DNA of 64,000 nucleotides from a virus (Duplodnaviria > Caudoviricetes). The notes beneath the pieces are model-generated. The model was not told the DNA's origin, made no database searches, and saw only the letters and a list, made by a program, of their open reading frames with translations. The stretch is from positions 192,001 through 256,000 of IMG/VR virus record IMGVR_UViG_3300049182_000044; one strand, 5' to 3'. Both the position numbers and the translations under genes were made by a program. This document shows, piece by piece, positions 27,142 through 37,423 of the stretch (position 1 is its first letter; every line of letters begins with the position of its first letter).

Positions 27142-29178
27142 TTACTTGTCCGGACGTTTGGGGTTAGCAATACGCTTCGATTTCCATCCGTGCGGGTAGA
27201 ACTTTTCCCGATACTCCGCGTTGTGCGGATACTCCAAGAACTCGTCAACCTGAGCCATGTCGTAGCGTGCAACCTTATCACCGATCTTTACCAGACGGCC
27301 TTTCGGGTCCTGCATGTCTTCGAGTGGGCGGCGACTGATGTGAGTCCAGCCTGTACGCTTCTCAGTCTTACCCGATACATGGTACGCATCGTCCCAGGGG
27401 AACGACCACTGACGAACCTTCGCCTTACCACCGGATGCTTTCAGCAGCGCTGCGAGCTTGCCTTTCGGCATGATCCAGAAGCAGATGATGTCTTGCAGGT
27501 TGCGAGGATTCGGCATGTGAATCTTCGTCACCAGCTCGTACTGCGTTGCACCGCGTTCGTTGATGATCGACAGCACGGTCTGTGCGTAGTCTTCCGGCTT
27601 CATCACCGGAGCTTTCTTCACAGCCTTGCGGCCCTGCTCTAGGTTTTGCTCTTCCTTATCTAGCTTCTCCTGAAGTGCCTTGCGCTTCTCTTCGAGTTTG
27701 CGTACAACGGCTGTGTTCGCGTCTTCCTCTTTGCGCAATTCCTCAATCTTCTTCAGGCGCACTTCGTTCTTGGCCAACAGCGTGCGATCAGCTGCGTCCA
27801 TACGGGCTTCGCGAAGCTTGTTCAGTTGCCTGTTCAGCTTGATGTAGCGTGCTTCAGCTTCTTCCAGTGTCTTCAGAATCTGAGGATCAATGCCTGTGCG
27901 CTTATCGACCGGCAATGCCTTCTGAGCATCTTCAGCGCGCTTGAATGCATTACGCGCTGCCAACAGGAAGCCCTGTTCGTGCGATTCTTTCTCGGTCTTG
28001 TCGGCCTTGAAAATCTCACGCGAAAGCTCGCGCTCTTTGTCGGTACGACCTTTAACCAACTTCGCATTCAGTGAGCGATTCGCCTCGTCGATCTTCTTCT
28101 GAATTTCAACGATCTTCGGCAGCTTACTCTTCTTCTGCTTTTTGCGCTCTACTTTCAACTCTTCGTCGATTGCAGTAAGTTGCTCCTGCAGCTCGCCGAT
28201 AATACCGCGCTTGTTCTTTGAAAACCCGCGCACGAACTTCTGACGGCCTTTGACCTGCGCTTCAATCGAAGCGTTGATAGCCGAACGCGATACAAGCATG
28301 ATGATCTGTTGCTCGAAGATCACATATCGCTCCATGCCTGCATACGGCATCGGAACTTCCGTGAACGGTACGTGTGCCTTTTGAAGAGCATACGGGTTCG
28401 ATGCGTTGCTCGTCTCGAAGATTGGGGCGACCGGCAAACGAATCAGTTCGTAGGGCGCTTTCAAGCTCTGAGGCAGCAAGCTACGCATTGCCCGCATACG
28501 TGCAAACCTGCGTTTGACGTCCTTCTCTTCTTGCGACAGGCGAACAATACGCTCGTTATCGCGTCGAGCTTCGCGCTCGTCCTCGTCCTCCGGCTTATCG
28601 TCCTCTTCGTCCTCGGAGTCTTCACCAGGAACAACTGCAGCTTCGACCTGGCGAATCGTGTTCGCGGCTTCCGCCAGCTTTTCCTTCCACTCCGCGTTGG
28701 CCGCGATTGCAGCTTTAGCGCGTGACTGAACGTCGGTCAGAGTCGCATCTGCTTCGACAGGCGCAGGTGCGGATACGTCGGACTCACCGGCCGAACGCGA
28801 GATGATTTTTTCAGATTCTGAGCTTAAGGATTCTACGAACTTCGGAACGAACTTCGTTTGAAGATTCGAGCAAACAGAGCGAAACTCCTTGACGGAGAGT
28901 TCCTTGGATGCCAAACCTTCGAGTAGTCCAGAGAAAGTGTTGTCGATGGAGACAAGCGCCTTCTTGGTTTGTGTGAGGCTGCGTCTCTTTTTAGACTCGG
29001 AGATGCTCTCGAGTGTTTTGCCAATTTCGCCTTTGGTGGAGGCCAAGGTGGATTGTAACACCTTGCTCTTATTGGATTTCTGGCACAGCTCAACCGTTGA
29101 TAGGATGAGTGCTTGCACATTGTCCAATTGTGCGAGTACCCTACGTTTCATGTAAAACCCCTTAAGGAACTTACCCAA
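27142..29178 (-). CDS. Large coiled-coil hypothetical protein
   Basis: 678 aa; start may be MKRRVL. Confidence 0.7.
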   Translation of the reverse strand: MGKFLKGFYMKRRVLAQLDNVQALILSTVELCQKSNKSKVLQSTLASTKGEIGKTLESISESKKRRSLTQTKKALVSIDNTFSGLLEGLASKELSVKEFRSVCSNLQTKFVPKFVESLSSESEKIISRSAGESDVSAPAPVEADATLTDVQSRAKAAIAANAEWKEKLAEAANTIRQVEAAVVPGEDSEDEEDDKPEDEDEREARRDNERIVRLSQEEKDVKRRFARMRAMRSLLPQSLKAPYELIRLPVAPIFETSNASNPYALQKAHVPFTEVPMPYAGMERYVIFEQQIIMLVSRSAINASIEAQVKGRQKFVRGFSKNKRGIIGELQEQLTAIDEELKVERKKQKKSKLPKIVEIQKKIDEANRSLNAKLVKGRTDKERELSREIFKADKTEKESHEQGFLLAARNAFKRAEDAQKALPVDKRTGIDPQILKTLEEAEARYIKLNRQLNKLREARMDAADRTLLAKNEVRLKKIEELRKEEDANTAVVRKLEEKRKALQEKLDKEEQNLEQGRKAVKKAPVMKPEDYAQTVLSIINERGATQYELVTKIHMPNPRNLQDIICFWIMPKGKLAALLKASGGKAKVRQWSFPWDDAYHVSGKTEKRTGWTHISRRPLEDMQDPKGRLVKIGDKVARYDMAQVDEFLEYPHNAEYREKFYPHGWKSKRIANPKRPDK

Positions 29179-29517
29179 GTTGTAGTGACAGGACAGCTTC
29201 TATCCTGTAGGATGCGTGATCTATAACTGAAACGATCACAGATGTAAATTATCATCTTCAACATGAAAATGACAACCTAAATTTTCGCCTCAGCTTTTGC
29301 CTGGCGTTTATTCTTTGTCGTGCTGGCGCATGATTCCTCCCATGGACTGCGCCTTGTTCATACCACATATTTACAGTTTTCACTTCATTGATAAATACCG
29401 CGAATACGGTCTTGCGGCTTGGATTGACGGCTTGCTGCAATTCGATTTCCTTGTGTGCGTTGCCCACAAACGTAGTATATCACACATCAAAATCGTTGTC
29501 AACCCCATGCATTTTTG

Positions 29518-29931
29518 TCATGTCTGCGATGATGCAGACTCGACCAACTTTTGCACCTTTGCGTACAGTGCTGGCGACACACTTAACACCTTCGGCTCAC
29601 CTTTGATCTTGTCTGTCTCAAACCCGAAGCGTTTGCTCCACTTCTTCTGAATACGCTCGTGATATTGATTACTCATCCAGCGTTTCTTCTTGTGCAGGCG
29701 TTTCGGTGTCAGCGGCTCCAACTCGACGGCAGGCATAAACCTGATGATGCGCTTGTACCCATGCGCGAACACGGGATGAACGCCTTCACTGTGAGGCCCG
29801 CATAGAGCTCGTGCGTTTGCACCAGCTATGTCTGGCTTGGTTGGAGCTTTGATGTAGTGCTTGAAGATGTGGGGTTCGGGCGGTGCGAGGATGCGAACAC
29901 TCTCACCCGGCTTCGGTTGGTAGAACTTCAT
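29518..29931 (-). CDS. Hypothetical phage protein
   Basis: YHERIQKKWSKRFG motif; SD GAGG. Confidence 0.65.
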   Translation of the reverse strand: MKFYQPKPGESVRILAPPEPHIFKHYIKAPTKPDIAGANARALCGPHSEGVHPVFAHGYKRIIRFMPAVELEPLTPKRLHKKKRWMSNQYHERIQKKWSKRFGFETDKIKGEPKVLSVSPALYAKVQKLVESASSQT

Positions 29932-29934
29932 GGC

Positions 29935-30207
29935 TTATCTCCTCTTAACGAGTACGCCAAGTGTGTAGCCATCCCAGCTGTAGTGGTATGGGCCATACTC
30001 CGGGATGAGATCCGGAGCCCAAATCTCTACCTCGTCGAAGCCCTTCTTTGACTCAGGGTACTCCAACATTGCGAGTGCCGCTACAGCTGCGAGGCCGTAT
30101 TCCCCAGTGCGCACTGCAACCTGCTGCTCCGGGCCGCCATTGATTTTTACATGGAAGGTGTTGAGTTGTACTTCAGATGTTGGATTCTTCTTTGGCTTAG
30201 TAGCCAT
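29935..30207 (-). CDS. Hypothetical protein
   Basis: 90 aa, SD AGGAG. Confidence 0.65.
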   Translation of the reverse strand: MATKPKKNPTSEVQLNTFHVKINGGPEQQVAVRTGEYGLAAVAALAMLEYPESKKGFDEVEIWAPDLIPEYGPYHYSWDGYTLGVLVKRR

Positions 30208-30238
30208 GATATTCTCCTAGTGAGAAAGGTTGAAGGCT

Positions 30239-30252
30239 GGGGCCGAAGCCCC
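30239..30252 (-). terminator. UUCG hairpin after topo II subunit A
   Basis: GGGGC-TTCG-GCCCC on the minus strand. Confidence 0.55.
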
Positions 30253-30267
30253 AAACCTTAGTGTTGC

Positions 30268-31896
30268 TTATTCGTCGCTGGCCTTCTTGTCCTTCTTGGA
30301 CTTCTTGCTCTTCGACTTTTCCTTGGCTGTCGCAATTGCCTTGGCCTTCTTCGCCGCAGCTGCTGCCAACTGCTCTTCGATGCTGTCAATATGCTCCAGC
30401 ACGTACTTCGCAGGATTCTTCTTGCGGCCTTCGTAGGTCTTGTACTCTTTCTCCAAGTCCTTGATCTTCGCAACAAGTGCCTTGTCTTCCAGCGCGCGCA
30501 ATTGGCGAACTTTCAAATCAAGGATTTGGTTTGCCTGATCGACCGTGATCTTCAAACCTTTTGCAATGTACTTTGCGAGTTCATCTTCCGAGCATTCTTT
30601 CTTCAATGCCTTGAGGATGAAGTCCCGCATCTTCACTGCGAGGCGCATCAGCTCGAGCTTCGCGATCTCTTCCTTGCGCTTCTTGATCCAGTACGTACAC
30701 GCATCTTGTTCGAGCTTGATGCGATAGTCGATCCAGTGCTGAATCAATGCCGGCACCGTTGTCGGACGCAGCTTCGCGCCTTCAGTGCCATCGGGGTTCA
30801 GGAAGCGATCAGTGACCTGCACACTGAAACGCCACGACGCTGAGAACGCCTCGTTGACCTTCTTGAGCGCTGTTTTGAGCGCATCGCCTTTGCACGACTT
30901 GGCGAACTGCACGACATACGCAACCTGATGTTTGTCATGCTTGTCCGAATCGTCACGCGTCTTGACCACGCCTGCAACGCCTTCAACCTTGGCGAGTACC
31001 TTCTCGATATCGCTGATCGGTGCGAACTCGTCGAAACGAATCTCGTTCCTCACATCAACATCGGTGTGCGTCGAGCGGAATGTAACAGCGCCGCGTCCGG
31101 TCTTGTAGAAGCGCTTGAACTCTTCCTTGTCGTACACAGCCTTGCCGCCGTACTTGGTAGTGAACTCCAAGTCCATGCACATCTTAGCCGTGCAAGCGCC
31201 TTCCTTGATTGCCTTGCGCACGACTGCGAGCGTAGACTTCAGACCGAAGGACGGGGTTCGAGTATTCACACCAGGCGTGATACCGAAGTTGCCGTTCAGG
31301 ATTGTGTTCGGCAACAGGGCTGGCAGAATCAGCGGCTCCATCTTCGACCCGTCGTAGTTCGGGACGTAGTCGATTGTCGGCAAGTAGAACGGATCGAAGA
31401 ACACGAGGTCCGAATACAGACTGAGGCGCATGTTCGTGTAACGATACGCCGCTGCGCCGTCGTTCATCGTACCCCAGTTGCCCTCGCCGTCAACGAGGTT
31501 CATCGGGGACTTGGCTGCCGTGATGATCGCTCCGTAACAGGCCATGTCACCGTGCGGGTGGTAGTTAGCGAGCGTGTCGCCTACAACCTTCGCCGACTTG
31601 TCTGCCTTGACGTTGTGCCGCAAACCCGCTTTGTGAGCCGACCACAATGCACGACGCGCAACCGGCTTCAATCCGTCAATCGACCCGAAGATCGCTCGGT
31701 CTTCGATGACCGCGATACCGTACTTGTAGTACTCCTCGTTGGCTTTGTCCTCGAGGTGCACATCAGTAACAGTCTTGGCCATCGCTACGATTGAACGCAT
31801 GTCGCTGGCGAAATCAATCGGGGCGCCTTTGCCCTTCTTGACTTTCTTGGCCTTCTTCTCAGGCTTGTCGGCCTTCGCCTTTACCTTCTTGACCAT
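30268..31896 (-). CDS. gyrA: Type IIA topoisomerase subunit A (GyrA/ParC-like), lacking the beta-pinwheel CTD
   Basis: DGLKPVARR, KSAKVVGD, YHPHGD, GNWG, AAAYRYT active-site Tyr; only 542 aa. Confidence 0.9.
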   Translation of the reverse strand: MVKKVKAKADKPEKKAKKVKKGKGAPIDFASDMRSIVAMAKTVTDVHLEDKANEEYYKYGIAVIEDRAIFGSIDGLKPVARRALWSAHKAGLRHNVKADKSAKVVGDTLANYHPHGDMACYGAIITAAKSPMNLVDGEGNWGTMNDGAAAYRYTNMRLSLYSDLVFFDPFYLPTIDYVPNYDGSKMEPLILPALLPNTILNGNFGITPGVNTRTPSFGLKSTLAVVRKAIKEGACTAKMCMDLEFTTKYGGKAVYDKEEFKRFYKTGRGAVTFRSTHTDVDVRNEIRFDEFAPISDIEKVLAKVEGVAGVVKTRDDSDKHDKHQVAYVVQFAKSCKGDALKTALKKVNEAFSASWRFSVQVTDRFLNPDGTEGAKLRPTTVPALIQHWIDYRIKLEQDACTYWIKKRKEEIAKLELMRLAVKMRDFILKALKKECSEDELAKYIAKGLKITVDQANQILDLKVRQLRALEDKALVAKIKDLEKEYKTYEGRKKNPAKYVLEHIDSIEEQLAAAAAKKAKAIATAKEKSKSKKSKKDKKASDE

Positions 31897-34097
31897 CAGT
31901 TACCCCTTTTCTTTTTGCCGGCGTCTTTCTTCGCCTTGCCTTTCACGACAACCTTGGACTCATTGTCCTTGGATGCCTTCTTGACCTTCTTTTCCTTGGC
32001 AGGCTTCTCAGCCTTCGCCTGGGTCTTCTTGGTCTTCTTCGCCTTGGGCGCATCGCTAACGTCTACTTCCTCGTCAACGATCTTTTTCTTCTTGCCCTTA
32101 GCAGGCTTCTCAGCCTTCACCTTCTTTTCAGGCTTGTCGGCCTTGGCCTTCTTACCCTTCTTCTTACCCTTGCCGTCTTCCTCGTCATCCTCGCCGTCAC
32201 CGTTAGCGACAACGCCCAGGAGTTGTTGACGATAGGTTGACTTCTTGCCCATCAACATCTGGAACTGCAGGATGCCGTTCTTGTCACGCGGCGGGAGGAT
32301 GCGATACATGCGACGATTGTCCACATCGAATGCAATCGGCTGCATGTCTTCAGCATTGAGTTCACCCCAGCCTTTGATGTGGCGCACATCAATCTTCTCC
32401 GTGCCTGCCTGCCTGTAGACTTCCTGAACAGTCGCACCGAAGTAGACCTCGCCGTTCTTCTTGCCCATGTACTCAGGCGCCTCAAGCATGTAGATACGAC
32501 CCTGCTTGTAGAGGTCTGGCAAATACTTCCAGAAGAGCGTCATCAACAGCGTGTTGATGTGGCACCCGTCAACGTCCGGGTCGGCGAGGAAAATGATCTT
32601 GCCGAACTGGATGTGGTCAATCGGATTCTTCTTGCTCAGGTCGAGACCGATGCCTGCGAAGATGCCTGCGATTTCCTTGTTCGCATTCACCTTGTCCTTG
32701 GTCGTCTCCATGACATTCAACGGCTTGCCCTTAAGGCTGAACGTTGCCTGGAACTCCTTGTGACGCGCAACCTTCGCAGTACCGCCTGCCGAATCGCCCT
32801 CAACGAGGTACAGCTCGCGTTCGGACACAGGAGTCTTGCTGTTGGAAACGTCTGCCAGCTTCGCCGACAAACCTTTCATCGCGCCTTTGACCTTCTTAAT
32901 CAGCTTCTTGTCTTTCAGGAAGTCAGCTGTCTTCTTGCGAAGCTCTGCTGCCCGTTCGACGATCTGCTTCGCCAGCGATTTGTTCTCCTTGAAGAACTCT
33001 TCGAGCGCGGCCAAACACTCTTTGTAGCACTCGCCCTTGACGCGATTATCGACCAGCTTTTCCTTGGTCTGCGAATCGAACATCGGCGCATTGATCTTGT
33101 AGTTCAGCACACCGACCAGACCTTCTTTCAAGTCGGTAGGCGTGTATTGGTTCTTGCCCTTGTACGGCTTCAGCGCATCGACCAACGCCTTATACATATC
33201 GTCAGCGTGAACGCCTTCCTCGACGTTGCGAATAGTGTTCGTGAAGAACTCCATCGCAGAACCTTCAACGTCAGCGAAGTGAATCGCAAGCTCAAGTGTC
33301 TCACTATTATGAAACACGAACTTCTTGCTCATTGGCGTGGCCTTCAACTTCGCAAGACGCTTTTCGAGGTACTCACGAATGCCGACCTTACTGTACCACT
33401 CCTGTTCCTTCTTGCCGTCAAGCAGTTGGATGCGCAACCCGACGTTCATGTAGGACGTCATCTCGCACCAGTTTCTCAGCTGCTCGATGTTGACCTTCTC
33501 TTTACCGAAATACGTTTCATCAGGAACGAAACGCAGGATCGTACCGAGCTTCGGTCGCTTACCGTTCGGCATCTTCGGAGGCTTGTCAACCTTCTTGACC
33601 TTGACCTTCTCAACGCCTTTGGCGAATTTCGTGTAGTGCCAACCGCCCGCATCCTTGCGATACGTCCAAACCTCGAACTCCTTCGAGAACGCATTGGTCG
33701 CCTTGATACCGACGCCATGAGTACCGATTGCACTCTTGTATGCATCGCCTGTCATCTTGCCCGACGATTGAAGGTTTGTCAGTACGTGTGTCAACGTACT
33801 GATCTTCATCTTCGGATGCATCTTGACTGGAATACCTACACCTTCATCCTGAACCCAGTAGGAACCGTCACCCGGCACCATGATGTTGACCAGTGTGTTA
33901 CGGCCTGCACGAGCTTCATCGACGCCGTTGTCACTAGGTTCGCGCACGATGGTGTTGATACCTGCCTGCCCCAGCTCACCGATATACAACGAAGGCTTCG
34001 CCTGGATCTTTTCAATGTCCCGCGTAAAGCCCGAGATGTCACTCTCGCTATACTTGCCAGTCTTTGCGACTGGCTTGTCTTTGTCTTTCTTTGCCAT
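31896..34097 (-). CDS. gyrB: Type IIA topoisomerase subunit B (GyrB/ParE-like) with Lys-rich tail
   Basis: EPSDNGVDE, G.GIP, GTHGVGI, VEGDSAGG, KGKPLN, DPDVDG, IKGWGE. Confidence 0.92.
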   Translation of the reverse strand: MAKKDKDKPVAKTGKYSESDISGFTRDIEKIQAKPSLYIGELGQAGINTIVREPSDNGVDEARAGRNTLVNIMVPGDGSYWVQDEGVGIPVKMHPKMKISTLTHVLTNLQSSGKMTGDAYKSAIGTHGVGIKATNAFSKEFEVWTYRKDAGGWHYTKFAKGVEKVKVKKVDKPPKMPNGKRPKLGTILRFVPDETYFGKEKVNIEQLRNWCEMTSYMNVGLRIQLLDGKKEQEWYSKVGIREYLEKRLAKLKATPMSKKFVFHNSETLELAIHFADVEGSAMEFFTNTIRNVEEGVHADDMYKALVDALKPYKGKNQYTPTDLKEGLVGVLNYKINAPMFDSQTKEKLVDNRVKGECYKECLAALEEFFKENKSLAKQIVERAAELRKKTADFLKDKKLIKKVKGAMKGLSAKLADVSNSKTPVSERELYLVEGDSAGGTAKVARHKEFQATFSLKGKPLNVMETTKDKVNANKEIAGIFAGIGLDLSKKNPIDHIQFGKIIFLADPDVDGCHINTLLMTLFWKYLPDLYKQGRIYMLEAPEYMGKKNGEVYFGATVQEVYRQAGTEKIDVRHIKGWGELNAEDMQPIAFDVDNRRMYRILPPRDKNGILQFQMLMGKKSTYRQQLLGVVANGDGEDDEEDGKGKKKGKKAKADKPEKKVKAEKPAKGKKKKIVDEEVDVSDAPKAKKTKKTQAKAEKPAKEKKVKKASKDNESKVVVKGKAKKDAGKKKRGN

Positions 34098-34210
34098 GTT
34101 TGACCTTGATGTGGAAACCTGCCTATTCGTAATGACGTTCACTACTGCCACCCACCCTTTACAGTTTGAGTGTCATGACCGACATTACGAATTTCGAGTC
34201 CCAAACACGC

Positions 34211-34247
34211 AAAAAGGGCGTACAATGTATTTCAATTGTACGCCCTT
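34211..34247 (-). terminator. Intrinsic terminator
   Basis: 13-bp stem AAGGGCGTACAAT / ATTGTACGCCCTT plus T-run on the minus strand. Confidence 0.75.
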
Positions 34248-34264
34248 CTCCGATATGAACCTGG

Positions 34265-34780
34265 TTAGACGGCCGCAACGGACGACTTACCGAGCTTCTT
34301 CTTGTCCTTCTTCTTCAGGCCAAGCGCCTTGGTAGCCGCCTTCTTCAGCGCCTTCTTGGACGAACCTTCGTCTTCGTCGTCGCCGTCTTCGTCGTCTTCG
34401 TCTTCATCGCGATCCTTCGCCTTCTTGCTAGCCTTCTCGGACTTCTTGTCCTTCTTGCTCAGCTTTTCAACGACGCCTTTGCGATCCGACTTGGCCTTTT
34501 CCTTGTTGGCCTTCTTGTCAGCCTTCTTGTCCTTCTTGGACTTCTTCTCGCCTTTGGCTTTCTTGCCTTCAGCTTTGTCCTTCTTGGACTTCTTCTCGCC
34601 CTTTTCCTTCTTGGACGATTTGCCTTCGGCCTTGCCATCTTCCTTCGATGCGGCCTTCGACGCAGCCTGAACATCGGCCAGTTGCTTTTCAGCGGCGCCG
34701 GTGATCGACTTCAGTTGCTTGATGAACTTCTCCAGACCTTTGGCCGATTTGGTGAGGCCTTTCACTGCTACTTTACTCAT
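34265..34780 (-). CDS. Histone H1-like Lys/Ala-rich protein with an acidic patch
   Basis: Composition; SD GGGA upstream. Confidence 0.65.
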   Translation of the reverse strand: MSKVAVKGLTKSAKGLEKFIKQLKSITGAAEKQLADVQAASKAASKEDGKAEGKSSKKEKGEKKSKKDKAEGKKAKGEKKSKKDKKADKKANKEKAKSDRKGVVEKLSKKDKKSEKASKKAKDRDEDEDDEDGDDEDEGSSKKALKKAATKALGLKKKDKKKLGKSSVAAV

Positions 34781-34827
34781 GGCGAGTCCCTATTTTATTG
34801 AGGTTGATACTAAAATTGTTGTTGAGA

Positions 34828-34849
34828 GAGGCTACAAACCTGTAGCCTC
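34828..34849 (-). terminator. Hairpin
   Basis: GAGGCTACA / TGTAGCCTC 9-bp stem. Confidence 0.5.
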
Positions 34850-34891
34850 CCTTGCCTACCAGGTGATACGATCAGGAATCAGTGCAACGAA

Positions 34892-35971
34892 TTACTCGTC
34901 GTCTTCTTCTTCCCACTCTTCATCGCCGTCTTCGTCGTCGTCGCCGTCTTCGTCGTCGGAATCTTCACCTTCTTCGTCGTCGTCGCCGTCTTCGTCGTCG
35001 TCACCTTCTTCATCGCCGTCGTCGCCGTCTTCGTCGTCGTCACCTTCTTCATCGCCGTCGTCGCCGTCTTCATCTTCGTCGTCGCCGTCTTCATCTTCGG
35101 ACTCTTCGTCGTCGCCGTCTTCGTCTTCGTCGTCGCCGTCTTCATCTTCGGACTCTTCGTCGTTGCCGTCTTCATCTTCGGACTCTTCGTCGTCGCCGTC
35201 TTCGTCTTCGTCGTCTTCGTCCTCGTCTTCCGACTCGTCTTCAGCTTCAGCAGCGGCTGCCTTCTTGCCCTTCTTGCCCTTGCCTTCGGTCATGACTTCA
35301 CCTTCTTGCGCGGTAGTCTGAACGTCGATGTTGGCCGAGTTTGCAGGATTCAGGATGATGGTTTCGCCATCCAGGGTTACGATCTGCAGCAGGCCGCCGT
35401 CGAGCGCTTCAACCTGACCCTTGTACTGTGCCAGGGTTGTCAGCTTGTTGACAGTGATCTTGGCTTGCTCGCCGACCGCGCCGATAACGCTGACTACATC
35501 GCGCATTGCGTAGGTTGTGAACACGCCCTTGCCGCCACGACCGGCCTTGGTATGGACAACCAGGGTGTCGGTGTCGATGCTGTGCAGGATGCCGCTGACT
35601 TCAACGATGGACTTGCCAATGACTGTGACATTGGACATGAGCTGATCCGGCGATGCATTGGATGCTTCAGCCTTGTCCTTCTTGCTGCCACGTGCCTTGG
35701 TCTGCTTCGGAGCCTTTTCAGCCTTCGCTGCCTTGCCGCCGCGCTTGCCCTTGGTTTCCTTCTCAGCCTTAGCTTTCGCGCCACGCTTGCCCTTAGCTTC
35801 CTTCGCCGGCTTTTCAGCCTTCGCCTTGCGCCCACGCTTGGATTCTTTTTCAGCAGCTGCAGCCTTGCCCTTGCCCTTCTTCACTTCCTTCTCTGCTGCC
35901 TTGCCCTTGGCTTTCTTGTCAGCCTTCTTGTTTGCTGCTTTGCCTGCCTTCTTGGTCGATTGACGTGCCAT
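34892..35971 (-). CDS. Tripartite protein: Lys/Ala-rich N-terminus, beta-rich core, about 115-aa Asp/Glu tail
   Basis: Composition; SD AAGGAG. Confidence 0.75.
   Translation of the reverse strand: MARQSTKKAGKAANKKADKKAKGKAAEKEVKKGKGKAAAAEKESKRGRKAKAEKPAKEAKGKRGAKAKAEKETKGKRGGKAAKAEKAPKQTKARGSKKDKAEASNASPDQLMSNVTVIGKSIVEVSGILHSIDTDTLVVHTKAGRGGKGVFTTYAMRDVVSVIGAVGEQAKITVNKLTTLAQYKGQVEALDGGLLQIVTLDGETIILNPANSANIDVQTTAQEGEVMTEGKGKKGKKAAAAEAEDESEDEDEDDEDEDGDDEESEDEDGNDEESEDEDGDDEDEDGDDEESEDEDGDDEDEDGDDGDEEGDDDEDGDDGDEEGDDDEDGDDDEEGEDSDDEDGDDDEDGDEEWEEEDDE
34895..35240. repeat. Coding low-complexity tandem repeats (EDGDD/EESED units)
   Basis: Repeated TCGTCGCCGTCTTC(A/G)TC units encoding the acidic tail. 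Confidence 0.85.
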
Positions 35972-36166
35972 TTGAAACTCCTTAGTTTAATGGGTGCTAC
36001 AAAAATGAATGATTGGTACTACGATTGATTGAAACGGTTTCGAGTTGTTAGTTCTAGTTCGGCTTCAATTTGTCCTCCACGGTTACAAACCCGACGAGTG
36101 CTGTTATCGCATCGTGTGCCCTACTTTTACAGTTTCTGCGAATAACAGTTTCTGCGTCGGCCCTAT

Positions 36167-37315
36167 TTACTCAGCCGCACCGGCGCCTGCATCGTCGCCG
36201 TCTTCAGCTTCATCTTCTTCGCCCAGCAAACGCACGAACAGGAGGTCACCGTTCGGAACCAGCAGGTCGCGATCAACGCTGGTCTTCGATTGCGGCAGCC
36301 AGTCCGAAATGTCCAGGCCGTGCAGTTCGTTGCGAGTGTACAGGACGAAACCTTCTTCTTCGATCAGCTGGCCGATCAGATCACGGGTTGCAGCATCAGC
36401 GACCGATGCAGCGTCCATCACAACAGCGAGCAGCATGTTGGTCGAACCTTCTTCGCCGCGCTTTTCGGTAACGAGCTTCAGAATGTTTTCAACCTGGCCG
36501 ATGTACTTGACCGGCTCTTCTGCATCGTACAGCATGCCCGGGGCGACCGTGAAGTTCAGCACTGCGTTATGGCTGCCGATTGCTTCCGGCGCGCTGTCCG
36601 GCCCAGCGGACGGCGAATGCAACCACGAACGTACCGAAATGATGTCCTTGAGCAGGAGCGGAATTTCTTGCTCGGACTCTTCGTCGATCAGCGTGGTGAC
36701 AACCGTGTTCTCGTCCGGAAGCGCATTCGCTACGGAAGCGCGAAGCGTGTCCAGGCTGTTGCGGAACGTAGCGAGCACTTCGCTGCTCTTGCCCAGGTAC
36801 ATCAAACGGCTGTTGTTGATCGAATCAGTAATATCCAGCGCCGCATTCAGCACGCTGCGAACGATGCCTTCGGCTGCAGGATTGGTTTCGGTCTTCTTAC
36901 CGGCCTTGCGGAACGGGCTGTATAGGTTGAGCTCTTGGCCGTCCAGGTTGACACGCGACAGCTGTGCCTTCAGGCCGTGCATACGGCTGTCAGTCAGGTT
37001 GAGCGTGAACATGATGTTGGCGTTCAACGAGTGCATCGAAGCGTGCGGCGTGTTCACAACTGCTGCCGGCTTTTCGACAACCTGGACAGTCAGTTCAGTC
37101 TGCGGCGGCTGCGTGACTTCCGGCTTGTCAGTTGCAGCGGATGCTTGTTGCATCAGTTCTGCCTGGCCTTCCGGTACGATGCCCGACGAGTTGTCGAGAA
37201 CAGCAGTAGTAGTTTGCGATTCGGCGGCAGCTTGTTGCTGAGCATTACCGTTCGTCTTGCCGGAAATAGCGCCCGGGGCGACGGTGTGGGTTTTCGGGTG
37301 ATTTACCTGGTTCAT
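36167..37315 (-). CDS. Acidic hypothetical protein
   Basis: Start moved to MNQVNH with SD AAGGAG. Confidence 0.7.
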   Translation of the reverse strand: MNQVNHPKTHTVAPGAISGKTNGNAQQQAAAESQTTTAVLDNSSGIVPEGQAELMQQASAATDKPEVTQPPQTELTVQVVEKPAAVVNTPHASMHSLNANIMFTLNLTDSRMHGLKAQLSRVNLDGQELNLYSPFRKAGKKTETNPAAEGIVRSVLNAALDITDSINNSRLMYLGKSSEVLATFRNSLDTLRASVANALPDENTVVTTLIDEESEQEIPLLLKDIISVRSWLHSPSAGPDSAPEAIGSHNAVLNFTVAPGMLYDAEEPVKYIGQVENILKLVTEKRGEEGSTNMLLAVVMDAASVADAATRDLIGQLIEEEGFVLYTRNELHGLDISDWLPQSKTSVDRDLLVPNGDLLFVRLLGEEDEAEDGDDAGAGAAE

Positions 37316-37423
37316 TTGCTTCTCCTTAGTTATACGGTTGTGAAACACGTAATTACGATTAACAGCTGTTTGTTTTTCGTACCCGCATTCTTTACAGTTT
37401 CTGAAGAATGCGGATTTCGTCAA

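Noticed and set aside
29258-29467. 69-aa minus ORF in the gap upstream of 27142-29178
   Set aside because: No clear SD or motif; it overlaps a candidate promoter box, so it is left uncalled
30268-34097. A true supercoiling gyrase
   Set aside because: Subunit A lacks the GyrA-box CTD; gene symbols are used only for homology
32379-34103. 574-aa plus-strand ORF, and similar long plus ORFs (1053-2534, 12742-13905, 30928-31794, 36045-37241)
   Set aside because: Antisense shadows of well-supported minus-strand genes; no motifs or SD recognised
34895-35240. Tandem repeats as a CRISPR array
   Set aside because: No constant repeat with unique spacers; the repeats are in-frame codon repeats
34879-35321. 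Arg-, Ser- and Thr-rich ORFs in alternative frames
   Set aside because: Alternative readings of the Asp/Glu-coding repeat
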